In this document: positions 14,050-35,326 of the stretch, piece after piece | How positions within the stretch are numbered: the first letter of the stretch is position 1 | Layout of the letters: every line of letters begins with the position of its first letter | From: the human T2T-CHM13v2.0 reference genome, Homo sapiens | NCBI RefSeq assembly: GCF_009914755.1 | Contig: NC_060944.1 | Length of the DNA: 64,000 nt | Strand: one strand, 5' to 3' | Program-made: the position numbers and the translations under genes | Notes under the pieces: model-generated | What the model saw: only the letters and a program-made list of their open reading frames with translations | Database searches by the model: none | What the model was told of the DNA's origin: nothing

Positions 14050-16913
14050 AATACAAATTCACATGTGCCTTGGAGGTTTGTATTTTCAAAACAGCTTAAA
14101 AAATTCAAATACCACCTAGCTGATTCCTTCCTGGGTTGTATTATTAACCTAATACATTTTATAAATTTAATGTCTTGATTTTTGCTTTATATCTGATCAG
14201 TGCTTTGAAAATCTTTGGTTTAATCTATGACGGGGTATTGAGTTTTGTTACTTTTAAAATTCATGCAAAACATAACAACTTAAAGACTTCCATTTGCTTT
14301 AGATTTGGCCTCAGAGTAATTCCTGTAGAGAATACACCATGGATGTTAGTGTTCTGTGGCCCCTGGGTAGCCTGGGAGTAATTCTGCTAATTCTGTGGGC
14401 AAGAAAAACACCCGAGGGTCTCATGGGCAGACAAGGGGACAGTTACTGCATGTGTCACAGAACATACAGGAGAACACACTCATAGAAGGAGAACTGAGCA
14501 CATAAAAAGAAGGGCAGGAGGAGGGTGTGAACATTTCACATTTTTCCCCAGTGTCTAAGTTTACGAGGGGAATTCTCATGGACTCGTAGGTATCTACTTC
14601 TTGCTTCTCTCACGTTAATGACATTTTAATAATGTATTTATTTCCTTCTCACGGTAGTGCAGATTAGGTAGCATAGAACTTGGGGTCAGTGGTGCTATTG
14701 TGAATCACCCAAATAGGGCCAGCCACAGAGGGGAGGCAGCAGGGGGAGCAGACCCCACGGGAAGTGTTGGAAAGGAGGAGGCAGTTGTGTTTTTCCTTCC
14801 CCTTCCCTATAAGTCAAGTTCACTGCAGCCATGCCATCATGGGGCCCTTGGGAAGAGGCAGGCAAAAGAGGAGGAAGAGGGCAATGGAGGGAAGTTCCTG
14901 GCTGGCCTCAGCCTTCAGGTTAGGAGACTCAGCGGGAAGGAGCAGAGGGACAGATGGAGGGGAAGCTGAAGGCCCCTGGCATGTTCTGGCTGTGCTCCAG
15001 GCTGGGATCCTTGGAGTGGGGGAATGGGGGTTGGGTTGCAGGAAACTTGGAAGCCGTGACAGGGATTCTGGAGGGAGAGCAGTGCAGGTGGCTCCAGGGC
15101 TCCAGGAGGCAGCTGCAGCCCAGTGAGGTAGCAAGACACGGTCAGGCCTCAGGGCCTGTGAGAGTGCTGCTCAGCATCGCCGTGGGGTGGGGAAGGCTCC
15201 AGAGGGTGTTCTCTGCCTGGTGGAGGGTGTGGAGGAAAGCTGTGTTGGGTCTGTGGGCTGACTCTCGGTCCTGGATAGAAGTGGTGAGGTGAGCCTGCTG
15301 CAGAAGCCATGAGGGGGCAGCTTCATTAGGAGGTTGGGGGTCATGGCCTCAGCTCTTCATAGCACTGACAGTCCCTCCAGGTCTCAGCTGTGACCTCCAC
15401 TGGCCTCCTGGATGAGACTTGCAGGGGTCTGTCATTAATGACACCTGAGACTGAGTGAGATATGCTGGTGAGAACTGAGACGAGGCCAGGTCAGCCAGAG
15501 AGGGCCTTGGGTCCCTGAGCAAGAGACACCAAACTTCAAGTAGCCCACCGTCCCTCAGTGGTGCAGTGTCAGGGCCCAGGTGCTGAGCTGCACCAACCAC
15601 CCTGCCACAGAGGACACTGAGGACCCAGAGTACTGTTGACATTAAGGTGAAATGGAGCCTCTGTCTGGTCAGGAACGCCCCTATTGCTACTCAGCGCATG
15701 GAGGCTCATGAACAAGTTTAGATCGGCCCATGAAAGACAGAGGCCACGTTTTGTTTATACCGATGTATATGGTACTGTCTGGGTTTTGGACAAAGCGCAC
15801 AAGGAAAACCATTTATTGATGGTTTACCATAGGCATCCAGTTGTTCTTCTTTACGTCAGGGTCAGCAGTGACGGTGTCAGGCATGGACAGATGTCCAGGC
15901 AGGGAGGAGTCCTTCAGAGCCGCCCACAACTAGCCGAGGACCAGAGCGGGGCTGGGTGCTCCTGCTTCCGAGAATTTAGCCATGTTCCTGGATTTGAAGA
16001 TCCTAAACGGGACCAGAACCAAGTGACAGCTGGCATTCCAATGATATATTTGGGGTTTTTTGTTGCCCGTGGGTTTTGTTCCCCCTTCTGATGAAATTTG
16101 TCATCCCAGTAGGCCACAAAATCACCACCAAATATTCAGATATCTATGAGAGCTGGATTAAATGGTGACAGACAGAAGGTGACCCTGACATTTGTTTTGT
16201 TCCCCAGAACAACAGCAGCCCCCTCACTATGAAGGGAGTAGCACTTTTCATTTGCTTTTCTTTAAATACAGAAAGAGCCCTAGGGAATCTGGCAGGCCCT
16301 AAGGGGAGCAGCTTTGAGTTTCCAAGGCACGAGAGAGAAAGAAAAGGCAAAAGAAAATTGAATGAGAAACTGCATGATCTTGGGCATATTTTTCTTTGAA
16401 AATGATTCAAAAGCCTTCATGGTTCAGAGGACATTTCCAGGGCCTTGACATTTCTCTGTCACATTGTAAATGTTGCTTCTTATTTTACCAAGTGGACATG
16501 AAACTGCTAAAATTAACTGTGTTTTTGTCCTCTGTCTCAATCCTTCGGGCTCTCTCACCTTGCTGGGAGGAGTTGAGGTTTTCTGTGAGGATGCAGCTCT
16601 ATTATTTCTCCTTTCTGGCCACTGCTAAAGGCACTAGGGCCACCTCTCACTAAAATGATGTGGTTTCTGATTTGATTGCAGGGTCAAGTATTACCTCATT
16701 TGAGTATTGACTTAGCTGCTGTAATTAGGGTGTGAGAGGAGTGTGCTCCTGACTGGCACCCCACATTTCTGTCCTCAAATGGCAACACACTTGAAACCAA
16801 ACAAGAAAGTGTTTTGGAAGCTGCCATCTGTTTGCTTTTTCAATGTGACCTTTGTCTGAATAGTAAGATGTGTCCTGGCTGAGCACACTTCTTCCTAATG
16901 AGCTACAGCAGCC

Positions 16914-16944
<31 letters not shown>

Positions 16945-16948
16945 TGTG
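16914..16948. repeat. (GT)n microsatellite
   Basis: About 13 perfect GT units plus a short interrupted extension. Confidence 0.9.
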
Positions 16949-17119
16949 TTTTCTGTTGAAAAGGTATTCAATCCCTTTTCACTGTTCTTTTCGCCATACA
17001 AGGTAGGACTCCTTTCATTCTCTGAGCTTCACTTTGCTTCCCTGTATCAACATTTGTACCACATTCTCATGTCCATGTGCTGGTATTTCATGGTATAAAA
17101 CTAGCTGTGTCTCTGGGTA

Positions 17120-18545
<1,426 letters not shown>

Positions 18546-18934
18546 TGGGGATCTTTTTGGGTCCGCTGACCTTGAATCTGTAACTGTATGGCTTTCAGTA
18601 CATTTGGGACATTTTAAGTAATATCTATTCAAATATTTTTGTCTGCCCCATTCTTCTTCTTACCTGGAGGTTACTGTTCCCAAACCTTAAGTGTCATTCT
18701 GGTTTTTTATTATCCATGAGGTTGGTTTGCTTCCTCACTGATGCAGAGTAGCATGTTATATTACTTTACTAGTAGTGGGACTGGATTTTCTCTATGCCCA
18801 GGCTTCCACCTCCATTACCTTATTTATTAGAAAATAAATTGGCCATTACCTTATTGATTAGAAAATAACTGGCCATGATTAGTGATTCCGTCTATTGCTA
18901 AGGTGCAGAGCCAGGCTTACAAATAATTTAGAGT

Positions 18935-19112
18935 GTGCCATCTAATACAGTAGCTACTAACTGCATGTGGCTATTGAGATGTAAATTAAAATTAAATAAA
19001 ATTTAAAATTCACTTTCTCAGTCTCAGTAGCCATATTTCAAGTGCTCACTAGCTACATACAGCTAGTGGCTGCTATTCTATCATTGCAGAAAATTCAACT
19101 AAACAGCACCAA
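18935..19112 (-). mobile_element. MER3-like hAT-Charlie MITE
   Basis: gtagccatatttcaagtgctca...gctagtggct with the AT-rich core typical of MER3. Confidence 0.65.
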
Positions 19113-19168
19113 CCTGTAGGGATCAAGTTATGATTTTGATACTGTCATCTGAATCACTTTAAGTACTA

Positions 19169-19606
<438 letters not shown>

Positions 19607-21143
19607 TCAATTTTTTCTCCATGCTTGTTTTATTGCATTGCATTAAGCTTTCCATTCGTAATTAGGAAATCATTCTTTTCATGTTCTATCTGTGAAGTCA
19701 GGACCATCAGCTCTCAAGCAAAGGAAGAGATTCCGATTCTGGGGATCTTTTGACACTTCAGTGGAGGGAGCTTGCTGGAATCTAACAGTGCTAGAAGGTC
19801 AGAGTGAAGCCTGCATTGATAACTTCCCAGCATCTCTCATGTTTTTTGCATAGAACAGCCTTACCTTTCTAGGTAAATGAATTCTGATTTGATTACCAGC
19901 TAAGACCTGAAATAAATAGGTAAAAAAAAAAAATCTTGGTCCTTTTAACAGTGATGTGGAGAACAGATCTGTGGCATGTGTGTGTTTTGTCTAGCACTTG
20001 CATCCTGTGGTTGCTTAAATGGCCTGAAGCCAGAAGCAGGTCAGTTGGAAGTCAGTGTCCTTGAGGGTTTCAGTGTTTACGTGGGCTGTGAAGGGTTTCC
20101 TTTCTTCTGGTCCTGGTCTGGCCTCACTGGAGATGTTCCTCACTGTCCCTCGTGGTTGACGGCAGTAAGAGAACTACTACAGCAGGTGGAGGAAACTGGT
20201 GGTTCCCCTAGCTTCTTTCATAAGACTATGAAATTGTGGTGCTAAGTTATCAGGCACCTCTTACTACTGCCTGTCAGGTGTCCCCAGCCTCTGGGTCATG
20301 TCTGCCCTCAGTAGCTCATGTGACGCACATGCATTTGGAAATAGACATCATCCCTTCAGTAGCTCTTAGAGGGAGGCACATTACCCCTTATCCAGGGTTT
20401 CTGAATTTCAAGCCTCAATGGTCCACCCTTTTCTGGAGAACCATGTGTTTAGCTTGAACAGGACTTCTGCTCAGCACTTCTAATTTGGCAGATGGACCTC
20501 ACAGATAGCTCACTCCCACCTTCCTCATTCAAGCTTCCAGCTATGTGAGCTGCGTGGTCTCCAGCTACTCCCAGTTGGTGGCCAGTAACCTGGCTCCTGG
20601 GTTATTCTATAGTTCAAGAAAATAGGAAGAGACATCTTTAGCAAGTGAGACTAGAAATAGAGAGCAACGTCTATTGACCAATCCATGTATTGTAGTGGGC
20701 GGTGGCTTTCAGCTGGAACAGTGTCCACTGCTGGCCAAAAATCTCTTGCATGTAGTTTACAAATCACTCATGATACTAACATTGATCTTATGATTAGGCC
20801 AGCCCATTAGTGTTCCCAGTAGTAGCACAGTTAATTCTAAAGGCATACCTAATGGTTTGTCCTTCAGGTTAGATGCTTTATAAAGTTCTTATGCCTAGGA
20901 AGTTTACCTAAAAACTTTAAGAACCCATTGGCCAAAACCTCTCAGGATCCCTTCCAGTTCTGTGTTTCTCTAGTAGGGAATAGAAATTCCTAAATCATCT
21001 TTCTCATATAACATTTCTTTTGAAAGCCATTTTTTTTATTACAAAGTTAATGCTCACTCATAGAAAATATCAAAAATGCCAAAATACCCGAAGAAGAAAA
21101 TAAAAGTCATCTGCCACCTTATCATTCTATGATTATTATTATT

Positions 21144-27236
<6,093 letters not shown>

Positions 27237-28439
27237 TGATAATTATTATTAACATAATGCTTTGGAATACTTTTTCTAAACAGGTAATTCTACATCTGTT
27301 TCTCTAACTTTACAAAGTTGGAGACATACTGTATATATATAGTGTCACCTGTTTTTTATCTTTTAACAGAATATCTTTAACATTTCTCTAGGTCATTCTT
27401 TTACTGTGAGCTTTATAATTTCCATCTGCACATCAAATATTTGAAGACTAAATTATCCCAATGCATTAAAAATGTAGAATATTGTAGAATATTTAATTGA
27501 AGTAAATGTAAAAGAAAAATACGTTCAACCAGGATTCCAAAGCTCATCTTAAGTTCAAAAACAAAGATTTTAATCTGTGCCAAGAAGATGGAGTTTCTCA
27601 AAGGTCAATGTGGGGAACAATTACAGTATTTCAGTTATTGGTATTGAAGGTAGGGAAACAAGTATGAATAGTCCCCAGGTCCGTAACTTGGGTTAACATC
27701 ATCCACACAATGTAAGAACAAATGGGTTGTTTCTAATAGCTAAAAACTGAAAGTAATATGGTCCCCAGGAATGATGTTGTCTGTTCTCCACCCACTGGTT
27801 GTCTTTTAGAAACCTCTTAGGAAGGTGTGCAGGACTCTTACAGGTGGGTTTGGGTGTACGAGGGTAGCCCTTGGGGATATGGTGGCAGACAGAGCTGCAG
27901 AGCATGGGCTAGCTGTGGTTCCAGCTTGCCTTTCTTATGTGTGCACAGGGACTTCGCTATCCAGCTGGGCAGGGGAATGAGGGCTGTTAGTCTATGGAAG
28001 CATCTGCTTGTGATACAACCCTTTCTTAAGAAGGTGGCCTGCACTGAGTGTATCAGGAAGCACATCCATGGAGGTGGCACTGCCATGGCATATTGAGTCG
28101 TATTGAAATCTTTTGCTTTTACTGAAGTCTATCCAATTAGAATCTAGATCTGAGGGAATAGAAACTCTTCTGTTAGGCTTTAGATTTAGTTTAACTTTTG
28201 GATGACAAATGCATGCATCATAGATCTCGGCAATACTAGCTGGTTTTTGTTATAGCCTCGGAATTACAAAAGGAAACCCTGAGACACTTGGACTTCTGTA
28301 CCAAACAGCCAGGCATCCTTTGAGTAGTATTTAAAATGTCGCAAGACTAAGCATTTAGTTTATTCCCTCCCTGTCCCTGCATTTCCTTAAGCTCCCATCC
28401 CTCTACCTCCCTCATTGTTAAAATGATTTGGAAATCATG

Positions 28440-28980
28440 CTTTTATATCTCTTTTCTAGGAATTTGTTCATTTCATCTATGTTGTCTAATTTGTGAGTCG
28501 AAAGTTGCTTGTGATATATTCCTTTTATCTTTTTAATGTCTGTAATGTCTGTACTGATGTTGCCTCTTTGATTCCTGATATTGATAATTTGTGTCTTCTC
28601 TCTTTTCTGGGTAAGTCTGACCAGAGACTTATCTATTTTATTGATCTTTTTATTTTTATTTTTTCTCTCTTGCCTTTTTCTGTTTGAAATGTCATCAGTT
28701 TCTGCTCCTTATTATTCTCTTCCTTCTCTGCTTGTTTTGGATTTACTTCGCTTTTATTCTTCAATTTCTTAAGGTAGAAACCCAGATTATTGATTTGATA
28801 ACCTTTTTCTTTTGTAATATAAGCATTTAATGCTGTGAATTTCCCTCTAAGCCCTGCCTTAGGTGAATATAACAAATTATGATATGTTGTGTTTTCATTT
28901 ACTTCAAAGTATTTTCTATTTTGCCTGGTGACTTCTCTTTGATGCAAAAGCCATTTAGAAGTGTGTTCAGATATTTGCCT
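28440..28980 (-). mobile_element. Old L1 ORF2 fragment
   Basis: Minus ORF 28633-29106 contains KYFEVNENTTYHNLL...LRGKFTALNAYI, a post-endonuclease ORF2 motif. Confidence 0.8.
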
Positions 28981-29225
28981 TGGTGTCTTTTGCTCTAAGA
29001 ATGGAGTTTTAATGAACTGGAGACTCTTTGAGGAGAAGGTATTTGGGTTTGTACATGGCAACATGGCAGGTTTTTCAGTGAAGTGATGCACTGATGCTGG
29101 TGTCACTGTATGAGCTTGAAAACATATCTTCAGCTGCTTAGTTACTCTTATATGCCTATGCTAATAGAATCTGAAGGCAAACATTGGAATCCTTCTTAAT
29201 AACGTGTCTTCTTTGGTCTTTTTAG

Positions 29226-29765
29226 TGTGTTATCATTGGGCAGAACTGGATCCTGAAAAATTCAAGATGCTAAGCACCTACACTACTTTAAGAATTTGGA
29301 ACTGAAACATGAAGAGGAAGACAGAAATAAGAATTTGGGAACCTGAATAGCTCTGCAAAAAACACCAAAGGACCGTTTTATCGTTTTCTGTTGTTGCTGT
29401 GGTGGAGTGATGCAGTGGGCACTGCCGGTGGGCCAGGGGGCGGGTGCGCATGTGGTAGAAGGTGTGCGCTCGTGCCTCCCCCACAGAAAGGCTTTGTTGG
29501 TTTCTACCACATCTTGGCTTGCTTTTGGAACAGGCTGGCCCAGCATCATTTGTCATCAAGTCCACTGTGGTGTATTCTGCGTGTCCATGGCGGGGGTTCT
29601 CCAACACACTCACACTGTCCATGTTCTTTTTATTGCCAGGGCCCGTGTTGAAGTGTCAAGAGAGCAATCATCAATGATAATGTATTGTGTGAGACCTTTG
29701 CATCTTGTAAATTTTCTCTTTTTTCTAAAAATAAATAATAATAAAATCCTAAATCTCAACAAACC
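29226..29765 (+). other. DTD1: DTD1 terminal non-coding (3'UTR) exon
   Basis: Strong acceptor tcttctttggtctttttag|TGTG at 29225/29226, followed by repeat-free sequence ending in tandem AATAAA. The exact 3' end is inferred. Confidence 0.75.
29730..29745 (+). terminator. Tandem polyadenylation signals for DTD1
   Basis: AATAAA at 29730-29735 and 29740-29745, about 500 nt into the terminal exon. Confidence 0.7.
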
Positions 29766-30959
29766 ACTTTATTATCAAACAAATTCTGCTCTGTTTCTGC
29801 GTAACGATGATGTCCATAGAAATGCAATGCGTCTGACCTCTCTCTATGCGTATCTACACTTCTTTTCACATAAGTCTCTCGCAAGAGGGCCTTCTCTAAC
29901 TGGCCCACACAGGCTCCTGAGTCCAGGTGGGAGCCTGTCTAGCCAGTTTACAATTGATGACATGGTACTTGGAAGTGAGATGTCAGGAAAAGGGAGTGTG
30001 GGTCAGAAGAGAGTCCAGTTTCAGAATGGCCACACTGTTCTGAGACCAAGTGTGGAGCCACATCTGGTGTATCCAGCTTTGGGAGGTGGAGGAAGGCCTC
30101 AGCATGGCGGGTGGTGCAGATACCCTTTATCCAGTAGCTACATGGTTGTCCACGTATCCAAGTCACCACACCCAGCACTCTGGGAAGAAAGAATCACATT
30201 CTGCCAAAGTAATTTCTCAGTTAAATTTCAGTCTACTGGTGGCACACTCAGAGTAGTCATTTTTTGACATATGATTTAATAGCTTTATTTATATATCTAA
30301 TAATGCTCGCATATATGCTCTCTGGAAAATATTTTTGTATATAGAAGAGACATCCTTAATTGTGATTTTTATAATGCTGAAACTCTGTCTTCTGTGACCT
30401 CTATAATAACTTCTGAATCCATCTAGTCTGACCCAGTCATCTACTTCAAATGATAATAAATCAGAAAATGTGGAAAACAAAAAAGCTCAAAACACATCTC
30501 TTGGAATATAGAGTTGGAAAAGGGTCTGCCAGACTGCTTTGTTCTAAACCAATTCAGATGGTCCAGTGTAATTCACAATGGTTTAAACCTCTAGATTTGA
30601 AGTCATTACATCCCAGATGCAGACCCTGGCCAGCTCCCTAAGCTGTGTGGGCAGTGAGGTCCCAGAAGCTCTGCTGTTTGAGTTATCTAAGCAGGGTTTT
30701 ACAGAGTGAATTCAAATTCACTTTAAAGCTACTTGAACCTACATGTCGATAAACTCAGTTGTAGGGTTTGGCTTGCTGGATAACTGTCATGTTTCTCCAC
30801 CACAGCATTTTATTGCCACCAATTAATGCTTATTGAACAGTTGCAGCCTGTCCTTGTAGTAAGGGGTAACGAGGATTGCATAGAGATACGACCTAAGGAT
30901 CATGACATTTGGATGGTGGTAAAATGCTAAAGGCCTTTGTTGGTCACAGCCCAGTTCCT

Positions 30960-31250
30960 GGCTCCCATTCTAAAGGGACAGAGACATACCAGAGAGTGAG
31001 CACCATGTGGTCAAGTTGCTGAAGGGTCTGAAACCGTAAAGGAAGAGCTGAAGGAGCTGGGGCTGTTTCATCTGGGAGGGGAACTCTAAATGTTTGAAAG
31101 ATGTGGAAGAGAAGCTGGGTCAGGAACAAAAATAGGAGCAATGGGTGTAAGTTGCATCAACGTAGATTCTGGCATTCTAACAACATGATTCAAAAGTGGA
31201 AGGTGATGTTGGGAGCTTTTGGTGTTTGAGCAGAAATTCTGAGCCTATAT
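30960..31250 (+). mobile_element. CR1/L3 3' fragment
   Basis: gctgaaggagctggggctgtttcatctgg...aggagcaatgggtgtaagttgca is typical of the CR1 3' ORF. Confidence 0.5.
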
Positions 31251-32327
31251 GTGTGAGGGGGGATCTTTGATTAATTAAAACATCTTCCTCACAGTATGCA
31301 GGAACATGGTAAAAGAAAGCATTTACTACTTTTGTAAACATTTTGGATTGAAGAGAACTTTTCCATCATCCTGAAAATCACTTTCAACTCCTGGGATCAG
31401 AGAAATAGCAGTGAATACACCGAAGTCTGGCCTAAGAGGGTCAGATCTAACCACAGGGCCAGATTATAGAGAAAAATGAAAGCTCAAGAAGAAACCCCAT
31501 AATATCTGCAGCTGCCTCAAAAAGGTGGTTAATTTCCACCCCCACCTACACTCCTGAAGGTCCTTTCCTAGTTGCTTTGAAACTAATGGCTAAAATTAGA
31601 TTTTGGGTGGCATTCTTGTGGAGAATAAATCTCTCAGTCTTTACATCTCTCCCAACATCTCTGCCTCCTTCTTTCTGCTTATTTATAAAGCATACTGCTT
31701 ATTGTCCATTAAAACATCATTTGAATGAGGATGGGAGAGGAGAATCGTACCATGTATGGCTTTTCTGAGAAGCCTTGGCAGATCACAGACCCAGGACTTT
31801 AAACAGAGTGCTGTGCCGATAACACTGCATAGCAGGACCCATTTAATCTTGCCTTTGGTGGTTTACTTTACAGGAGACCAAGCTCTTGTGGCTACACAAA
31901 ACATAGACCAAATAAAGGCATCTTTGGGGGCTGGATGTCCATAGCAGCACCTCATGGTTAGTGGTCCCAGGGAGGGCATTTTCTCTACCAAGCAGTGTCC
32001 TGGCTCAGATGGGTGCCAGCTGGCATATATATGGACAATTTGGCATTTCATTGATTTGATCATAAGGAACAAATAGTTCCGCAAACACCCTATTTCCTTT
32101 GATATGGTAACATTTGAGTAACTCCAAAGCCAGAGAGGCAATCTTTTCTATCTCTGGTTTGTCAGATTTTCTGCCGTTTTTCAGCCAGGCACTTTAAGAA
32201 TTCTTAATTTGTTGTTCGTTATTGATTCAGGTCCTTTAAAAATAGAGTTAAACACCCTCATCTCAGAAGACATGGAATAATATCAAAAGTAAAGCCACCC
32301 ACTGGCTGCATCAGAAAAGAAGAGGGA

Positions 32328-32693
<366 letters not shown>

Positions 32694-33399
32694 TCATTCT
32701 CTCCTAGGGTACAGACACCAACGTATTAAATTTTTAGAGGTTCTAGGAAACAAAACCTTAAATTTCCATTAGGAAAGTATCTATTAGTGATGGTATTTTA
32801 GGTTTGTTAAATCTAAATTACTATGTTAGTTTTGATAATATGCTTAATATTTGTAGGGGCCTTAAAAATAACTTGTTTTTGAATGTTCCCTGAGGGTGGA
32901 TGAGTTAGAGGCTCCATCACTGAGCAGGAAACACATTAGGGGTGGTCTGTTGAAGATGCCGCAGCTGACAGTCCCCTGCAGCAGAGAGACGGGCTTGGAC
33001 CCAGGCCGGGGTCTGAAAAGGTGGCCTCCCAAGGGAGCAGAGTTCAGTAGGAAGAGTTGGCCAGGTGACAGGAGGGTATAGAGGAGTGTGAAACAACCGG
33101 CGGAGCTGCCACAGGTGTGAGAGGAGGGGAGTTTCGACGTCTGCTGGCAGGTCGGTAGGACTGGACTTGGGGAGAGAGGGAGCACGTAGAGGAAGAGGGA
33201 CGTAAACAAGACTTCGTAAGTGAGCAGGGCCTGGACCGCAGAGGTCTTGTAAGTCATGATAATGCGTTTAGGTCCTATCATGCCCCACTTCTTGTCTTCT
33301 CCAGGCTGATTTGTTCTAGTTCTTCAGCAGTTTCTTATGTGATATGACTGTCAAGCGACCCTAGAGAACAGGATGCAGCTCTGCCAGTGTGGTGTGATG

Positions 33400-33630
33400 A
33401 AGGCCCACGATGTGGACAGTGGTGTTGTGGTCTCGACAGGCCATGGGGTTGCACAGACTTGGGGTCGAATCCTGGCCTTGCTATTGACCTGCTGCATGGC
33501 CTCAGGACAGTTTATTCAATTATTCAGCCTTCTATGCTTCTGTTCCCTCATCTGTCCGAAGAAGGAAGTGCTTGCCACTTGGAGCATGGTCGTAAGGGTT
33601 AAAGGAAGAGGAGGCTCAAAGTCAGCACAG
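33400..33630 (+). mobile_element. MIR SINE
   Basis: cagacttggggtcgaatcctggc...cctcatctgt core motifs. Confidence 0.5.
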
Positions 33631-34282
33631 TGTGAACAGTCCCCATTCCTGTGGCTGCATCACGTCTCTGGCTCCCACTAAGCCTGCGTCTGCAGGTCAC
33701 TGAACCCCCAGGTTTACTCCATGTAACCACTGTCCTCCACCAGTGAAGAACCAGAAGAACTTGATCTTATGCCTGTTGGGCTAGGCCTGTGGTCTGGTCT
33801 ATTGAAATATTTCCAGTGTCACGTTGGTGATTCCTCTCAGCTTTGAGTCAACCTTGGACCTGTTTTCTCTGTCTTTAAGTCTTGGCTAAACACAGTTCAC
33901 AGGATAGAGCTGGCACTCCATTTGGAATCCTCTTTCAGATCAATAGGTGCATTACTTCAATTCCCATCGAACCCTCATTCCTCCTTCCCATGTTGCCCAT
34001 TCTTGCTGAAATCAGGCCATACTGTTTTCACAGTATTCTGATTAATTCAACGATCCTGTCAAAAAATATTAGTTCCGCACAGTGCGTTATTTGTGAATTC
34101 ATTCTCAGTTCCAATGATCACTGTGTTCTTTTCCACAGGCTCATGAGCCATCTGTTTAATCATCTATTCTAGAATGATTTTAGGAGCCCACATCTAACTG
34201 GGCTGTCTGCAGTGTCTGGGATCCATCTTGTTGAAACTGGGATTTTTTCACTTGTTCAGTTTTCTGTCCCCTCTCTTCAGAT

Positions 34283-34668
<386 letters not shown>

Positions 34669-34924
34669 TCATTCAGAGTCCCTCGTAAGGCTATCTCCTC
34701 ACCTACTGGGCTTTGAGTCCCCTTTTATGATGTTTCTTTTGCCTTTTTTGAGTTTGAAACATTTGCTTACAAGAGTTGATGAAATAACTAACTGAATTTG
34801 AACCCGTAGCCATGGCCAGAAGCTAGTCTAAGACCCGTACCTGTGTCAGCTCTTGTAATCCCCACATCTCTTTCATTATTCCCATTTTACAGTTGAGGAA
34901 GTTGAGATAGAGAAATGAAGTCGC

Positions 34925-35326
34925 TGTCAGGAACTGTGAAGGGTCTGGAATCTTACTCTACTAACCAGTAGACAGTTAGTCTGCTGCAGTATCCTGGGTG
35001 CTGGCAGGAGACAGGAGATGCTGGGCCAGGGTCAGGGCTGAGCTTTATTACAACAACAGCAGGATCTAGTGTCAGCGTTTATGCCAGCTGCCTAACCTTA
35101 ACTTCAAAAGGTGACACCTTCACACACAGTGGGTTGTGCTACAGAAGAATCCCAAGTGTAGAGAATCCAAATCTTCTGTCTTTGCCCTGAGAGAGCCACT
35201 CTCTCTCTTCCAGGGTGGCTGACTATAGAAACATCCTTGGAAAGAGTCCTAGAACAGAGGTGGCCAATACCACGGCTCACCAGCTATGAAGAAACAATAG
35301 AGACCCACAGAGAATTGTCTCCCAAA
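34925..35326 (-). mobile_element. ERVL-type solo LTR (LTR40-like) inserted into a MIR
   Basis: Runs from tgtcaggaactgtgaagggtctg to gagaattgtctccca; MIR halves on each side (cccattttacagttgaggaa / caggattcaaagccagg). Confidence 0.55.
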
